This document shows positions 31,357 through 39,991 of a DNA stretch of 64,000 bases, piece by piece. The position numbers and the translations under genes are program-made. The stretch covers positions 21,140 to 85,139 of the forward strand of contig JAXMCH010000003.1 in assembly GCA_046349455.1 (NCBI GenBank). The letters run 5' to 3'. Source of the DNA: Hyphomonadaceae bacterium. GTDB lineage: Bacteria > Pseudomonadota > Alphaproteobacteria > Caulobacterales > Aquidulcibacteraceae. Positions within the stretch are counted from its first letter, which is position 1. Each line of letters opens with the position of its first letter. Below the pieces are notes generated by a model. It was not told the DNA's origin. It did no database searches and worked only from the letters and a program-made list of their open reading frames with translations.

Positions 31357-33194
31357 CCGGCTTCCTTAGCCCGCTGCTGCTTCTTGCGCTCGTTCGGATC
31401 GAGATAGGCCTTGCGGATGCGGATCGCCGCCGGCGTCACTTCCACGAGCTCATCGTCTTCGATCCAGGCCATGGCTTGTTCGAGCGTAAGGCGGCGCGGC
31501 GGCGTGAGGCGGATGGTTTCGTCTTTTCCCGAGGCGCGCACGTTGGTGAGCTTTTTGCCCTTCAGCGGGTTCACATCGAGATCGTCGCTACGGCTGTTCT
31601 CGCCGATGACCATGCCTTCATAGACGTCTTCACCATCGGCGATAAACATCTGGCCGCGCTCCTCCAGATTCCAAAGCGCGTAGGCGGTCGACTGGCCCTT
31701 GTCGTTCGAGATCAACGCGCCGTTGCGGCGGCCCGGGATCTCGCCTTTCCAGGGCTCCCACGAATGGAAGAGGCGGTTCATGACGCCAGAGCCGCGCGTG
31801 TCCGTGAGGAATTCGCCGTGATAGCCGACCATGCCCCGAGATGGCGCATGCATCACCATGCGTGTCTTGCCGCCGCCCGACGGACGCATGTCCTGCAGCT
31901 CCGCTTTGCGGATGCTCATCTTCTCGATGACGACGCCGGTGTATTCGTCATCGACGTCGATCACCACTTCTTCGATCGGCTCTAGCGTCTGGCCGTTTTC
32001 GGTGCGCGTCAGCACCTTTGGGCGTGAAAGCGAAAGCTCGAAGCCTTCACGGCGCATGGTTTCGACAAGAACGCCGAGCTGCAGTTCACCGCGGCCGGCG
32101 ACCTCATATGCATCGCGGTTGGCTGTTTCCGTCACGCGGATGGCGACGTTGGATTCCGCTTCAGCAAGCAGGCGCGCGCGGATGACGCGGCTTTGCACCT
32201 TATCACCGGCGCGGCCAGCAAGAGGCGAGTCGTTGATCGAGACCGTGATTGCCAACGTCGGCGGATCGATCGGCGTTGATGGCAGCGGCGCTGCGAGATC
32301 AATGGCGCCGATCGTGTCAGCGACGGTCGTCTCGGTAAGGCCGGCAATAGCAATGATGTCGCCAGCTTCAGCGCTTTCGACCGGAACGCGCTTCAGGCCG
32401 CGGAATGAGAGCAGCTTGGTGAGGCGGCCGCGTTCGATTTCCTTGCCGTCGCGGCCAAGCGATTTGACGTTGTCGCCAACTTTTACGCGTCCGCTTTCTA
32501 CGCGGCCGGTCAGAACGCGGCCGAGGAAGTGATCGGAATCCAGCATCGTCACGAGGAACGCAAACGGCTCGTCTTTGCGCACGATTGGTTCCGGCTCAGG
32601 CACGTGGCGCACGATGAGTTCGAAAAGGGGCGTCAGATCTTTGTTCTCGCCGCTCATCTCCGTTTTCGCCCAACCTTCTTTGCCGGACGCGTAGAGGATC
32701 GGGAAATCGGCCTGTTCGTCGCTAGCGCCGAGCGCCAGGAAGAGTTCGAAGATTTCGTTGAGCGCTTGGTCTGGGTTCGCACTCGGACGATCGACCTTAT
32801 TGAGCACGACCATCGGCTTCAAACCGCGCTTCAGCGCTTTCGAGAGCACGAACTTGGTTTGCGGCATCACACCTTCAGACGCGTCAACCAAGAGTACGCA
32901 GCCATCGACCATGCCCAGGATGCGTTCGACCTCGCCGCCGAAATCTGCGTGACCGGGTGTATCGACGATGTTGAGCCGATACTCTTCGCCGTTCTTTTCC
33001 CAAAGGATTGAGGTGCACTTGGCGAGGATAGTGATGCCGCGCTCGCGCTCCTGATCGTTGGAGTCCATGGCGCGCTCTTGCCGGGCTTCGTTCGCACGGA
33101 AGGCGCCGCCCTGGGTGAGCAGCTGATCGACAAGGGTAGTCTTACCGTGGTCGACGTGGGCGATGATCGCGAGGTTGCGGAGGCGCTCGGCCAT
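31353..33194 (-). CDS. typA: translational GTPase TypA/BipA
   Basis: AHVDHGKTT, ERGITILAK, DTPGHADFGGEVER, NKVD, GRGELQL, DDELVEVTP. Confidence 0.98.
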   Translation of the reverse strand: MAERLRNLAIIAHVDHGKTTLVDQLLTQGGAFRANEARQERAMDSNDQERERGITILAKCTSILWEKNGEEYRLNIVDTPGHADFGGEVERILGMVDGCVLLVDASEGVMPQTKFVLSKALKRGLKPMVVLNKVDRPSANPDQALNEIFELFLALGASDEQADFPILYASGKEGWAKTEMSGENKDLTPLFELIVRHVPEPEPIVRKDEPFAFLVTMLDSDHFLGRVLTGRVESGRVKVGDNVKSLGRDGKEIERGRLTKLLSFRGLKRVPVESAEAGDIIAIAGLTETTVADTIGAIDLAAPLPSTPIDPPTLAITVSINDSPLAGRAGDKVQSRVIRARLLAEAESNVAIRVTETANRDAYEVAGRGELQLGVLVETMRREGFELSLSRPKVLTRTENGQTLEPIEEVVIDVDDEYTGVVIEKMSIRKAELQDMRPSGGGKTRMVMHAPSRGMVGYHGEFLTDTRGSGVMNRLFHSWEPWKGEIPGRRNGALISNDKGQSTAYALWNLEERGQMFIADGEDVYEGMVIGENSRSDDLDVNPLKGKKLTNVRASGKDETIRLTPPRRLTLEQAMAWIEDDELVEVTPAAIRIRKAYLDPNERKKQQRAKEAG

Positions 33195-33390
33195 GAACTG
33201 CAAGCTTTCTGAGATTGACGGGCGCTTCTGCCCGCAGCGGGCGCCCGCTTCAACGGCAAGCGTGAGGATTTGCTAGGCGCCATCCATCCGCACGCGGATG
33301 TGAGCATGTGCAATATGGCATAGCCCTCAAAAAACACAAACAAAAACTGACGTGTACGTGAAATTACAAAAACGTGACGCCTGGTTCACC

Positions 33391-33419
33391 TTGCATTTTG
33401 CTGCAGTGCAAACTAAGTT
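33391..33419 (+). promoter_or_regulatory. sigma70-type promoter of the sRNA, overlapping a TGC-N3-GCA (AniA/PhaR-like) box
   Basis: TTGCAT-17 bp-TAAGTT, with TGCAGTGCA in the spacer. Confidence 0.55.
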
Positions 33420-33425
33420 CGGAGC

Positions 33426-33516
33426 GTTGCGGGGTTTCGCGATCCCGCTCCCGCCCTATCGGGCGTTTCCTCCCTATTTGACCTTCGCCGCCGGGCCACA
33501 AACCCGGCGGTTTTTT
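33426..33516 (+). ncRNA. mmgR: MmgR (suhB / alpha-r8) family sRNA
   Basis: Anti-SD TTTCCTCCCT at 33466-33475; terminator CCGCCGGG-N7-CCCGGCGG-T6 at 33488-33516; convergent with the N-formylglutamate amidohydrolase gene, which is the known mmgR synteny. 5' end estimated. Confidence 0.8.
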
Positions 33517-33517
33517 C

Positions 33518-34429
33518 TTAGGCCAAGCTCTTATGAAGCGCCGCGGCGCTCAGCGCCTCGGCCAGGCGGCTCATGTCGGCACGAATACGCGCGTAGCCAT
33601 TGCTGCGTTCGAGCGTGCGTTCGTCGATGTAGAGCGCGCGGTTTATCTCGATCTGGAGCGCATGCATGCGCGTGGTAGGGCGGCCGTAGGTCTGCGTGAT
33701 GTGGCCACCGGCAAACGGCGCGTTTCGGGCCACGCGATAGCCCAAACGCCGCAGCGTCGCCTCAGCAAGCGCGGTGACTGAGGGGTGGCAGGAGGCGCCA
33801 AAACGGTCACCCAGAACGATGTCCGGCGCATGCGCGCCGCGTGCATTGCTGGGCATCGAATGGCAATCGATCAGCACAGCACAGCCAAACTGCTCTTTTA
33901 TTTCGGCCATCAGGTTTGCGAGCAATGCGTGGTAGGGCCGGTGGACACTTGCCATGCGCCGCTCTGCTTCGCTCAATGAAAGCTTGCGTCGATAGATGTT
34001 TTGACCATCGCCGCTGATGCGCGGAATAGCGCCTAGCCCTGCCTGAACACGCGCAGAATTGCTATGCGGGCTGTGCGGCGGTCGTTCGTCGAACATTTCC
34101 GGATCGAGTTCTGTCGGATCGCGGTTCAAATCGACATACGCGCGCGCGACCGCCGCCGAAAGGACGGCCGCCCCATGCGCCGCTGCACCGGCGAACAATT
34201 CGTCCACATAGGCGTCTTCGGAACGACGCAGGCTGATGAGGCTTACGCGCGCATCCGCCAAGAGCTCCGGCGGGTACCGGCGTCCGCTATGCGGTGAGGC
34301 AAAGATTAACGGCGCTGTGCGCCGCAGCGGTTCGATCAGAACGTAGGGTTGATCAACATGCGTCTCGGGGAGGCTTTCGCCTTCCGTTAAGGCGCGCGCG
34401 ACGCCTTGTCCGAGATCAGCCGGGTCCAT
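33518..34429 (-). CDS. N-formylglutamate amidohydrolase
   Basis: ASPHSG, SED.YVDELF, RAYVDLNR, IDCHSMP, PFAGG, QIEINR. Confidence 0.92.
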   Translation of the reverse strand: MDPADLGQGVARALTEGESLPETHVDQPYVLIEPLRRTAPLIFASPHSGRRYPPELLADARVSLISLRRSEDAYVDELFAGAAAHGAAVLSAAVARAYVDLNRDPTELDPEMFDERPPHSPHSNSARVQAGLGAIPRISGDGQNIYRRKLSLSEAERRMASVHRPYHALLANLMAEIKEQFGCAVLIDCHSMPSNARGAHAPDIVLGDRFGASCHPSVTALAEATLRRLGYRVARNAPFAGGHITQTYGRPTTRMHALQIEINRALYIDERTLERSNGYARIRADMSRLAEALSAAALHKSLA

Positions 34430-34468
34430 TGGCTACATTGTTCGCGGAGCTTGCTTAGGGCGTCAACA

Positions 34469-34483
34469 TTTACACCTGTTTAC
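34469..34483 (+). promoter_or_regulatory. candidate CtrA box upstream of cpdR
   Basis: TTTA-N7-TTAC versus the TTAA-N7-TTAA consensus; cpdR is a known CtrA target. Confidence 0.45.
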
Positions 34484-34570
34484 GAGCTGTGTGTGACGGT
34501 TCAGCCGGCCTTTACCCGGCTTGTGCTAGAGGTTACCGGTTGAGGGGGGCCGGAGGTTCCGGAGCGACGC

Positions 34571-34933
34571 ATGGCGCGTATTTTGTTGGCGGAAGACGAT
34601 GACTCGCTCAGGGCGTTCCTGACGACGAGCCTGAGCCGAGCGGGCCACGATGTCGCTGGCTATGGCGACGGCGACTCCGCATGGGAGGCGTTGGAGCACA
34701 GCTCGTTCGACCTGCTGCTCACCGACATCGTCATGCCCGGTCTTGATGGCATCGAGCTCGCGCGCCGCGGCGCCGAGGCCGATCCCGCCATGAAGATCGT
34801 TTTCATCACCGGATTTGCGGCCGTCGCGCTGTCGGCCCAGAGCCAAGCGCCCAAGGACGCGAAAGTTCTCTCCAAGCCCTTCCACCTGAAAGATTTGGTG
34901 GTCGAGATCGAGCGCGTGATCGCGGCGGCTTGA
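34571..34933 (+). CDS. cpdR: single-domain response regulator CpdR
   Basis: MARILLAEDD, LLLTDIVMP.LDGIELAR, FITGFAAVAL, VLSKPFHL; adjacent to tRNA-Val. Confidence 0.9.
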   Translation: MARILLAEDDDSLRAFLTTSLSRAGHDVAGYGDGDSAWEALEHSSFDLLLTDIVMPGLDGIELARRGAEADPAMKIVFITGFAAVALSAQSQAPKDAKVLSKPFHLKDLVVEIERVIAAA

Positions 34934-34994
34934 GGAATCCGGAGAGGGCCTGTATAGGCGCTCCACCCAAACGCAATCGGCCGCCAAGGCCAAA

Positions 34995-35069
34995 GGGCGC
35001 GTAGCTCAGCGGGAGAGCACCACGTTGACATCGTGGGGGTCACAGGTTCGATCCCTGTCGCGCCCACCA
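34995..35069 (+). tRNA. tRNA-Val(GAC)
   Basis: GGGCGCG acceptor stem, TAGCTCAG D-arm, TTGACAT anticodon loop, GGTTCGATCC T-arm, encoded CCA. Confidence 0.98.
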
Positions 35070-35088
35070 TCTTTTCAAGCACTTAGTT

Positions 35089-35139
35089 TGTAAAACTCAC
35101 GGCAAAATGCCGTGAACGCCTGCCGAACGTGTAAAACTC
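35089..35139 (+). repeat. TGTAAAACTC direct repeats with an intervening hairpin (candidate integrase arm sites)
   Basis: Copies at 35089-35098 and 35130-35139; CACGGCA-AAA-TGCCGTG at 35098-35114. Confidence 0.55.
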
Positions 35140-35146
35140 TTCGGAC

Positions 35147-35884
35147 CTAAGTGGTGCCGTTCTCACGCACCTCTTGCAGGCGCTTCTGCTCAAGGAGGCG
35201 AGGGATGTGGAGGCGTGTACGCTCCAGCACCTTGTCCTTGCGCTCGCCATCAAGCCACCACGGGCCGAAGTCGTCGCCTTGCTTTCGCAAACTCGCGCGC
35301 ATCCAACCGATTTCGTCAGCTGTCACATCGCGACCGAATATGACTCGGCCGAGCTGTTCCGGAGTGCTGGAGTAGCCGCCAAGCGCATAGATGTCTCCCG
35401 GCGTCAGTACTTCGCGACGGATCACTACCTCGTCTTCGACAGCGCCATATCGGCCCATGCCAAGGTCGAAATCCCTGATCTTACTTTTGTGTCGTTCGAT
35501 TGCTTTTTTGAACTCCGCATCACGGTAGAGCGTCGCGAGGTTTAGAATGACCTCAGCATCCGCCGGGGCGCATTGAACGATCACGCCTTGCCAGCCAGCC
35601 GGCGGAACTCCGCCCTTGAATGTTTTGGCCACGTCAGTTGTCAAGGTCCAGGACGAGATCGTCTCCGGTAAGTGCCCATCTGCGAGCAGTTGCCAAAGTG
35701 GGGTCTTAGTGAGGTCGAACCTCCGAAACGCCATGAGTGACAATGTCTTGAAGCGCGGTTGTAGATGCGATGCGACGGCAGCTAAAGCGGCTCCGCGCTT
35801 CGCCTTTTCGGCTTGGTCATAATCGCACTGCCAATCGGAGATGGCTTGCAAGACCGGAAGGCTGAATTCCTGAGAGCTAGTCAT
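35147..35884 (-). CDS. putative R-S-E class ADP-ribosyltransferase
   Basis: AFR54, S78-W-T followed by xxxxVAxxF, and E150-D-E152-VV in the canonical ART order. Confidence 0.6.
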   Translation of the reverse strand: MTSSQEFSLPVLQAISDWQCDYDQAEKAKRGAALAAVASHLQPRFKTLSLMAFRRFDLTKTPLWQLLADGHLPETISSWTLTTDVAKTFKGGVPPAGWQGVIVQCAPADAEVILNLATLYRDAEFKKAIERHKSKIRDFDLGMGRYGAVEDEVVIRREVLTPGDIYALGGYSSTPEQLGRVIFGRDVTADEIGWMRASLRKQGDDFGPWWLDGERKDKVLERTRLHIPRLLEQKRLQEVRENGTT

Positions 35885-35956
35885 TTACGTTCTCGTCTGT
35901 TGACTCTCCGCGAACCCGCACTCGAGGTTTGTGTGCTAATCCTTGCAGCATCCGCG

Positions 35957-37672
35957 TCAGATATCGAGCGACGCGCCGTTGGCGCGGAGCCATTGCTTGC
36001 GCTCACGGTAGTTCGGAAGAATCTTGTCGATTTCGTTCCAGAAGGCGTTGGAATGGTCCCGGTGGCGCAGGTGGCAGAGTTCGTGGACGATGACGTAGTC
36101 GAGCACGGTTCGCGGAGCCATCAAGGTCTTCCAATGAAAATTGAGATCGCCCCGCGCGCCACATGAGGCCCAGTGGTAACCGAGTTCTTTGACTCGGACG
36201 CGACCGGGTTGCACGCCGACCTTCTTGGCGAGCTGTTGCACTCTGGAGGGCAGGACTTCCTCGCCGCGCCGGATATAGAAGTCTCGCAGCGCTTTTCGGG
36301 CTGATGGTGCTCGCTTCAGCAGGTGCTGGGAGATCAGCAATCGCCCGTTGCGTAGGCCCACTTGAATCTCTGGGTCGGTGACAACCTTCAAGCGGTAGGT
36401 GCGGCCGAGATAGAGGAAGCTCTCGCCTGACAAGAGGTCGCGGCGCACGCGGCGCGCATTCAGTCCCGCATCCGGCCACGCCGCCGCACACACTATGGCG
36501 CGTCGCCGCACCGGCCGCACCGCCACCGGCACCACAGGTGGGGGCAGGGGCGTTAGCGCCACCTCCGGCGGACACACGCGCAACGCGAACTCCATCAGCC
36601 GCAACGCGAGGTCACCTTCATCGTGCACACCCGCCGCGCACGCCGACCAAAACACGCCCCACTCCACGACACAGAGCGCGGGCGCGACACCGAGCACCGT
36701 CGCGCGCTGCGCCACCGCCGCTGCCAATTCATCGACCGCCGACGCCGACGCACCCAAGAACGCGGCATGCACCGCTCCCGCGCTCGCGCCCGCCGTCAAT
36801 GCAAAGCGCTGCTGCGCCACAAACGCGAGCGCATCCCGCAATGCGCGCGCCTTCAGCCCCGGTAACGTCGACCACGCGCGCAGCGCCGCGTCCGCCTCAG
36901 GATATCCGGAGCGCAACAAAAGCGTCAGCGCCGTCAGCACCACATCGGCCCACGCCAAATTCAAGACGCCGCCGACGCCCGCGGCCGTCACCGGACCCTG
37001 CGCCGCTACCGCCGCCAACTTTGTCAAAAAGTCGCGCGCCTGACCCTGCGCCGCCGCCGCAACCATCGCTAACGCATCCGGTTCAAACGCAATGCTCTCC
37101 CAGCCGCACACGGCGCGTCCGAGCGCAATCAGCGTCGCGTCAGACAGCACGTCGAGCTTCACGACAATACAACGCGACCGCAATGCCGGCGTCAGGCGCT
37201 CCGGTTGGTTCGTCGCCAACACGAACGCAGCGGTGTCTGGCAGCTCCAGTACTTGCAGCAACTGATCCTGCGCCGCGTTCGACAAAGCGTGCGCTTCATC
37301 AATGAAGACGGCACGCCGCCGCGCACCGCCAAACGGCGGCGTAAGGGCAAAGTCATTAATGTAGGCGGCATGGTCTCTTCCGCCGTGACGGCCAGCGTTC
37401 AGCTCCACGAAGAAGTGCGCGCGATCACCGGTGTCGAACTCCGCGCACTTCTCACACGCCAAGCAGGGCGAGCCGGAAGCAGAGGGTGCTTCGCAATTCA
37501 ACGCGCGCGACAGGATGAACGCCACCGTAGTCTTCCCGACACCGGGCGGGCCACACAACAGTATCGGCAGTTGCAGATCGCGGCGCAGCTGCGCGACAAC
37601 AGTGGCAACGGCTTGCTCTTGCCCCAGCACATCTTCAAAAACGTGCGGGTGGTACTTGTCAGCGAGGTTCAT
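35957..37672 (-). CDS. chimera of a DnaX(gamma/tau)-like clamp-loader AAA+ and the C-terminal part of a YgjP/DUF45 metallopeptidase
   Basis: LADKYHP..FEDVLGQ, GPPGVGKTT, LNC..PCLACEKC, IDEAH, LRSRC; then GESFLYLGRTYRL, WASC, YVIVHELCH, HSNAFW. GGAG RBS before ATG 37672. Confidence 0.75.
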   Translation of the reverse strand: MNLADKYHPHVFEDVLGQEQAVATVVAQLRRDLQLPILLCGPPGVGKTTVAFILSRALNCEAPSASGSPCLACEKCAEFDTGDRAHFFVELNAGRHGGRDHAAYINDFALTPPFGGARRRAVFIDEAHALSNAAQDQLLQVLELPDTAAFVLATNQPERLTPALRSRCIVVKLDVLSDATLIALGRAVCGWESIAFEPDALAMVAAAAQGQARDFLTKLAAVAAQGPVTAAGVGGVLNLAWADVVLTALTLLLRSGYPEADAALRAWSTLPGLKARALRDALAFVAQQRFALTAGASAGAVHAAFLGASASAVDELAAAVAQRATVLGVAPALCVVEWGVFWSACAAGVHDEGDLALRLMEFALRVCPPEVALTPLPPPVVPVAVRPVRRRAIVCAAAWPDAGLNARRVRRDLLSGESFLYLGRTYRLKVVTDPEIQVGLRNGRLLISQHLLKRAPSARKALRDFYIRRGEEVLPSRVQQLAKKVGVQPGRVRVKELGYHWASCGARGDLNFHWKTLMAPRTVLDYVIVHELCHLRHRDHSNAFWNEIDKILPNYRERKQWLRANGASLDI

Positions 37673-37798
37673 TTCAAAGGCTCCAACACCGGGCACGCAG
37701 GACGCGCATCCGAGGAGCCGACACATCAAGCGCACCGCCGGGTCACGCGCAGCAAGCAAATTCCAGCAACTCCGACACGCGTCGCCAGAACCCGACGC

Positions 37799-38722
37799 AT
37801 GCCGACAACCCAAACTTCAGAAGCCGCCACGCGTGACACCCACGACACACCGCGCGGAGCGGGGATTGGCAAACGCGTCACGGCGCAGATCATCGAGATG
37901 CTGCGCAACGGAACGCGCCCTTGGGTTGCGCCCTGGGACAGCGCTACCGCGCTCGGCCTGCCACTCCGCGCGAACGGCGTCGCGTACAGAGGCATCAATA
38001 CAATTGTGCTCTGGACAGCGGCGCAAACACACGGCTATCGCGCGCGCCACTGGCTCACCTTCAAGCAAGCGCTTGCACTCGGCGGCGCAGTCCGGCGGGG
38101 CGAACGCGGCCAGCACATCGTCTTCTACAGCGACGGCGTCCGCGCAGACGAGGGGGATGCACAACAGACGCCACCGCGTGGCGCTGTCCTTCGCAGCTAC
38201 GCCGTCTTCAACGCAGAGCAGGTCAGCGGACTGCCAGTGCATTTCTACGCGCCGCCAATCACGCCCCTATCCGAAGATGAGACGACACTGGCAGAACGTT
38301 TTGCCCGTGTTCCCGCAACGCTCGAACACGGTGGCGCGCGCGCGTGCTACAACCCGGTGCGCGACATCATCTTCATGCCACCGCGCGCCGCCTTCTCTTC
38401 CGCGGCGCTCTACTACGCCACCCTCGCGCACGAATGCGCCCACTGGACCGGACACCCCACACGGCTCGACCGTGATTTCAACACCCAGGCCTCGAGCCTT
38501 GCTTACGCGCGAGAAGAATTGGTCGCGGAACTCACCGCTGCTTTCGTCGGCGCGGAACTGGGTCTCCCCGTCGAGCACATCGAGAACCATGCGGCCTACC
38601 TCGAAAGCTGGCTTAAGCTCCTGCGCCACGAACCCGGGGCGCTATTGTCAGCAGTCGCCAAGGCGCAAGCGGCCGCGGACTATCTGGGCACCTATCTGTT
38701 GGCCGCCGAGCCCAGCGCGTGA
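37799..38722 (+). CDS. ardC: ArdC family antirestriction / ssDNA-binding protein with zincin domain
   Basis: G.RPW..PW, YRGIN..LW, WLTFKQA..LGG.VRRGE, VFNAEQ, YYATLAHE..HWTG, YAREELVAE, HAAYLESWL. Confidence 0.9.
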   Translation: MPTTQTSEAATRDTHDTPRGAGIGKRVTAQIIEMLRNGTRPWVAPWDSATALGLPLRANGVAYRGINTIVLWTAAQTHGYRARHWLTFKQALALGGAVRRGERGQHIVFYSDGVRADEGDAQQTPPRGAVLRSYAVFNAEQVSGLPVHFYAPPITPLSEDETTLAERFARVPATLEHGGARACYNPVRDIIFMPPRAAFSSAALYYATLAHECAHWTGHPTRLDRDFNTQASSLAYAREELVAELTAAFVGAELGLPVEHIENHAAYLESWLKLLRHEPGALLSAVAKAQAAADYLGTYLLAAEPSA

Positions 38723-39123
38723 GGCTTCCCCGGAGCGATCGCGCAGCTTCGTGCGACCCCGCGCTCACGCTCGCGGGGCGTTGCGTCCGACGCCACACAA
38801 GTATCATGCGGTTAGATCGCAACGCACGCGCCGCCGAGCAACGGCTTGCGCAGATCGCGCGTGCACACGGCCTGGCACTTACCTCGATCATGCGCGGAGG
38901 GCACTCCATTGCCCGCCAACTGCGGGACGCGCGGAAACTGGGTCATCGGCAACGAGGGCGAAGGGCGCGCTCTATTGGCAAGCTCGCAGCGACGCGCGCC
39001 ACTACGAGCGGCGGAGCGCGTGCCAAGCTCCTCTTCGCATTGGTCGCGTTTGAGATGGACGAGCACGCGATGAGCCTCGTTCGAAGCGCTGCTCGTGATC
39101 TTAAAGGCCGCCCTGCTGGTTGA
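38719..39123 (+). CDS. hypothetical protein
   Basis: GTGA overlap with the ardC stop; no motif recognised. Confidence 0.4.
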   Translation: MRLPRSDRAASCDPALTLAGRCVRRHTSIMRLDRNARAAEQRLAQIARAHGLALTSIMRGGHSIARQLRDARKLGHRQRGRRARSIGKLAATRATTSGGARAKLLFALVAFEMDEHAMSLVRSAARDLKGRPAG

Positions 39124-39164
39124 AGCGACAGGCACCCAGCATATGCCGCCGAGGAGACGGACAT

Positions 39165-39425
39165 ATGCGCAAACTTCCGCAACCACCGAGAGGGGATATT
39201 GCCAAGCGCCTGAAGCGCGCGGCAGGGCATCTCAACGCCACCATCGCCATGCTTGAACGCCAACGCCCATGCCTCGACTTGGCGCAGCAACTCTCCGCTG
39301 TGGAAGCAGCCGTCGTCGCGGCGCGTCGGCAGGTAGTGGGCGAGCAGCTGCAAATCTGTCTCGATGGCGGCGACGTCGATGGCTCAACGCTTCGGCAGCT
39401 CAAGGCGCTCGCGCGGTTCCTTTGA
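39165..39425 (+). CDS. CsoR/RcnR (NreA-like) metal-sensing repressor
   Basis: IAKRLKRAAGHL..IAMLE..RPCLDLAQQLSAVE.A; GAGGAG RBS. Confidence 0.8.
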   Translation: MRKLPQPPRGDIAKRLKRAAGHLNATIAMLERQRPCLDLAQQLSAVEAAVVAARRQVVGEQLQICLDGGDVDGSTLRQLKALARFL

Positions 39426-39518
39426 ACGCGGGATCGCGCGCGTCCCGACAGGGGATGTGAGGGACGGCTTGCTCAGCATCTATATGCCGACGCCGCACGG
39501 TGCGGCGGAGACAACGGC

Positions 39519-39881
39519 ATGATCAAACGAGCTTCGGGCGACTGGACGCGCCTCATTCCGCCTTGGGCGACGGTTCGCAAGTGCGATCTTCGGCGCTACC
39601 GGGGGCCGTATCGCGACATCAACGACGAGCTGGATCAAAAACAGCGCGCGATCTTGTTGCTCGGTGCAGCGCTCAAACGAGCGAGGACGTCCGCCGCAGA
39701 GTTTGTCGCTTTTCGGGTTGGCGACGGCAAGCCCGGCCGCGATGCTTTCCGCGTTTTGCTGCGCGAGTTCATCTGCAGTAAACACGCGGATGTCGCCGAT
39801 CTCGGCCGAAGCCGCCAATACCCTGACCGGATAGTGGTGGCGCTGAAGGCAAGACCACATCGATCATCTAAGGGCGTTTGA
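39519..39881 (+). CDS. hypothetical protein, possibly a divergent Smr-like fold
   Basis: GGAG RBS; CDL...AALKRA....EFVAFRVGDG resembles Smr DLH...A...G...V.IIHGKG. Confidence 0.45.
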   Translation: MIKRASGDWTRLIPPWATVRKCDLRRYRGPYRDINDELDQKQRAILLLGAALKRARTSAAEFVAFRVGDGKPGRDAFRVLLREFICSKHADVADLGRSRQYPDRIVVALKARPHRSSKGV

Positions 39882-39991
39882 ATCCTTAAGACGGTCCGTT
39901 TGAATCGGCACTGTGCATTGAGAGTACTTCCGGGGTGGAAGGTCGTCCTCGCTTCTTGCCTTCGCGCGGCGGCCTAAGGGTCGCGTTGCAC

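Noticed and set aside
35957-37672. Housekeeping dnaX
   Set aside because: Divergent motifs, island location, no ybaB/recR context and an unrelated C-terminus.
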